64,000 bases of DNA from an uncultured Armatimonadetes bacterium (lineage in GTDB: Bacteria; Armatimonadota; UBA5829; DTJY01). The notes under the pieces were generated by a model. That model did not search any database. It had not been told where the DNA came from and worked only from the letters and a program-made list of their open reading frames with translations. The stretch spans positions 1,248,001-1,312,000 of the forward strand of contig OY970325.1 in NCBI GenBank assembly GCA_963717145.1. Reading direction: 5' to 3'. Shown here piece by piece: positions 63,138 to 64,000 of the stretch (its first letter is position 1; each line of letters opens with the position of its first letter). Position numbers and translations under genes: made by a program.

Positions 63138-64000
63138 TTACCTTTCGATCTCCAACTCGTACCACAGCGTCCGCCACTTCGGACCTATCTCCAACGTCAA
63201 CTTGCCTCCATCGACTCGACACGATACCGGCACGGCCCTTCCGCCACCACCGTCGAGGGCGTACACCGTAGCCGCCGACGCTGACGCAGCCAGCTCGATG
63301 ACCGCCGGGATGCCCTCCGCCATGACCGGACCTTTCCCCCATTGAGTTCCCACGCTGGTCCGAGTCGCATTCCAACCCATCCCCTGGTTTTCGACTTTGC
63401 CAACCGCGGATATCAGCAGATGACCCGACGACTCCAGAGGCTTGCCATCCAGGGAGATCACGGTGATGGCCGCGAACTTGTCGGGCGCCCCGAGGATCTC
63501 GATGGTCAGTCCCCCGAGGTCGATTGGACCACCGCCCGCAAACCCGACGACACCTCTGCTCTTGGGAGAGTTGATGGTGAATATGGCGGGTTTCCAGATC
63601 ACCGCGGACAATGACTTAGACTCCTGGCGTCGTACCGCCTTGTCCTTGCTGGAAAAGCGCACCGAAGTCCGCGCGGAGAGCGCCTCGGCCTTCAGTATCC
63701 CCACGGATTCCCAGGCGGCCATCGCGTTGTCCCCATTCCGGAACAACTCGCCCGGAACCATGAAAGCGGGAAACTCCATCTCGGTCGAGGACTCGAGCCG
63801 AGGGACATCAGCTCTCCGAAAGATGGCCGCAGCAGCCGGAAGGAACATGATCTTCCCGGGATGGCTGTCGATCGAGAAGTAGCCCGCGATCTGCTCTCGG
63901 TTCCAGTCGCCGTTGGCATGGTAGTCGAAGAGGAAGATGCCGTCCCAGTCCTGCAGAGCGGCGAACGATGCCAGCATCGGGAGGCATTCCGCCGAGTAGT
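63138..64000 (-). CDS. C-terminal part of a probable glycoside hydrolase (TIM-barrel plus beta domains); start outside the window
   Basis: AALQDWDGIFLFDY...F.IDSHP.K, SLDG.PL..S..LLI and YALD..G.R motifs. Confidence 0.65.
   Translation of the reverse strand, partial: YSAECLPMLASFAALQDWDGIFLFDYHANGDWNREQIAGYFSIDSHPGKIMFLPAAAAIFRRADVPRLESSTEMEFPAFMVPGELFRNGDNAMAAWESVGILKAEALSARTSVRFSSKDKAVRRQESKSLSAVIWKPAIFTINSPKSRGVVGFAGGGPIDLGGLTIEILGAPDKFAAITVISLDGKPLESSGHLLISAVGKVENQGMGWNATRTSVGTQWGKGPVMAEGIPAVIELAASASAATVYALDGGGGRAVPVSCRVDGGKLTLEIGPKWRTLWYELEIER

Overview
GC-rich bacterial chromosomal segment. The PEP-CTERM protein, stand-alone LuxR HTH, DGH-tailed propeller protein and general gene content suggest Armatimonadota, but this is an inference and the 16S was not classified. 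Most of the window encodes carbohydrate and envelope functions: a GT2/GT-C glycosylation cluster, galK-galT-ROK kinase, a ROK + PIG-L pair, secreted glycan-active proteins, a ThuA/Gfo/kinase/SIS cluster, PPi-PFK, sugar ABC permeases and wzm/wzt. It also holds rho, tex, a complete single-ORF IS66-family element with an 8-bp target duplication, and a full minus-strand rRNA operon (16S-tRNA-Ile-tRNA-Ala-23S-5S). The most unusual features are five. (1) A glycyl-radical enzyme with a twin-arginine signal and a GCWE Cys loop, next to its activase. (2) Three in-frame insertions of palindromic repeat elements inside that gene, part of a dense set of about 20 REP-like and short-tandem inverted elements that often supply start or stop codons. 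(3) A near-consensus sigma70 promoter inside the rRNA spacer, directly upstream of 23S. (4) An apparently shortened L1-stalk helix in the 23S. (5) Two orphan antitoxins and a nucleotide-cyclase-like orphan gene. Four genes carry single-base frameshifts that are probably assembly errors. All family calls come from reading motifs by eye; no searches were run.
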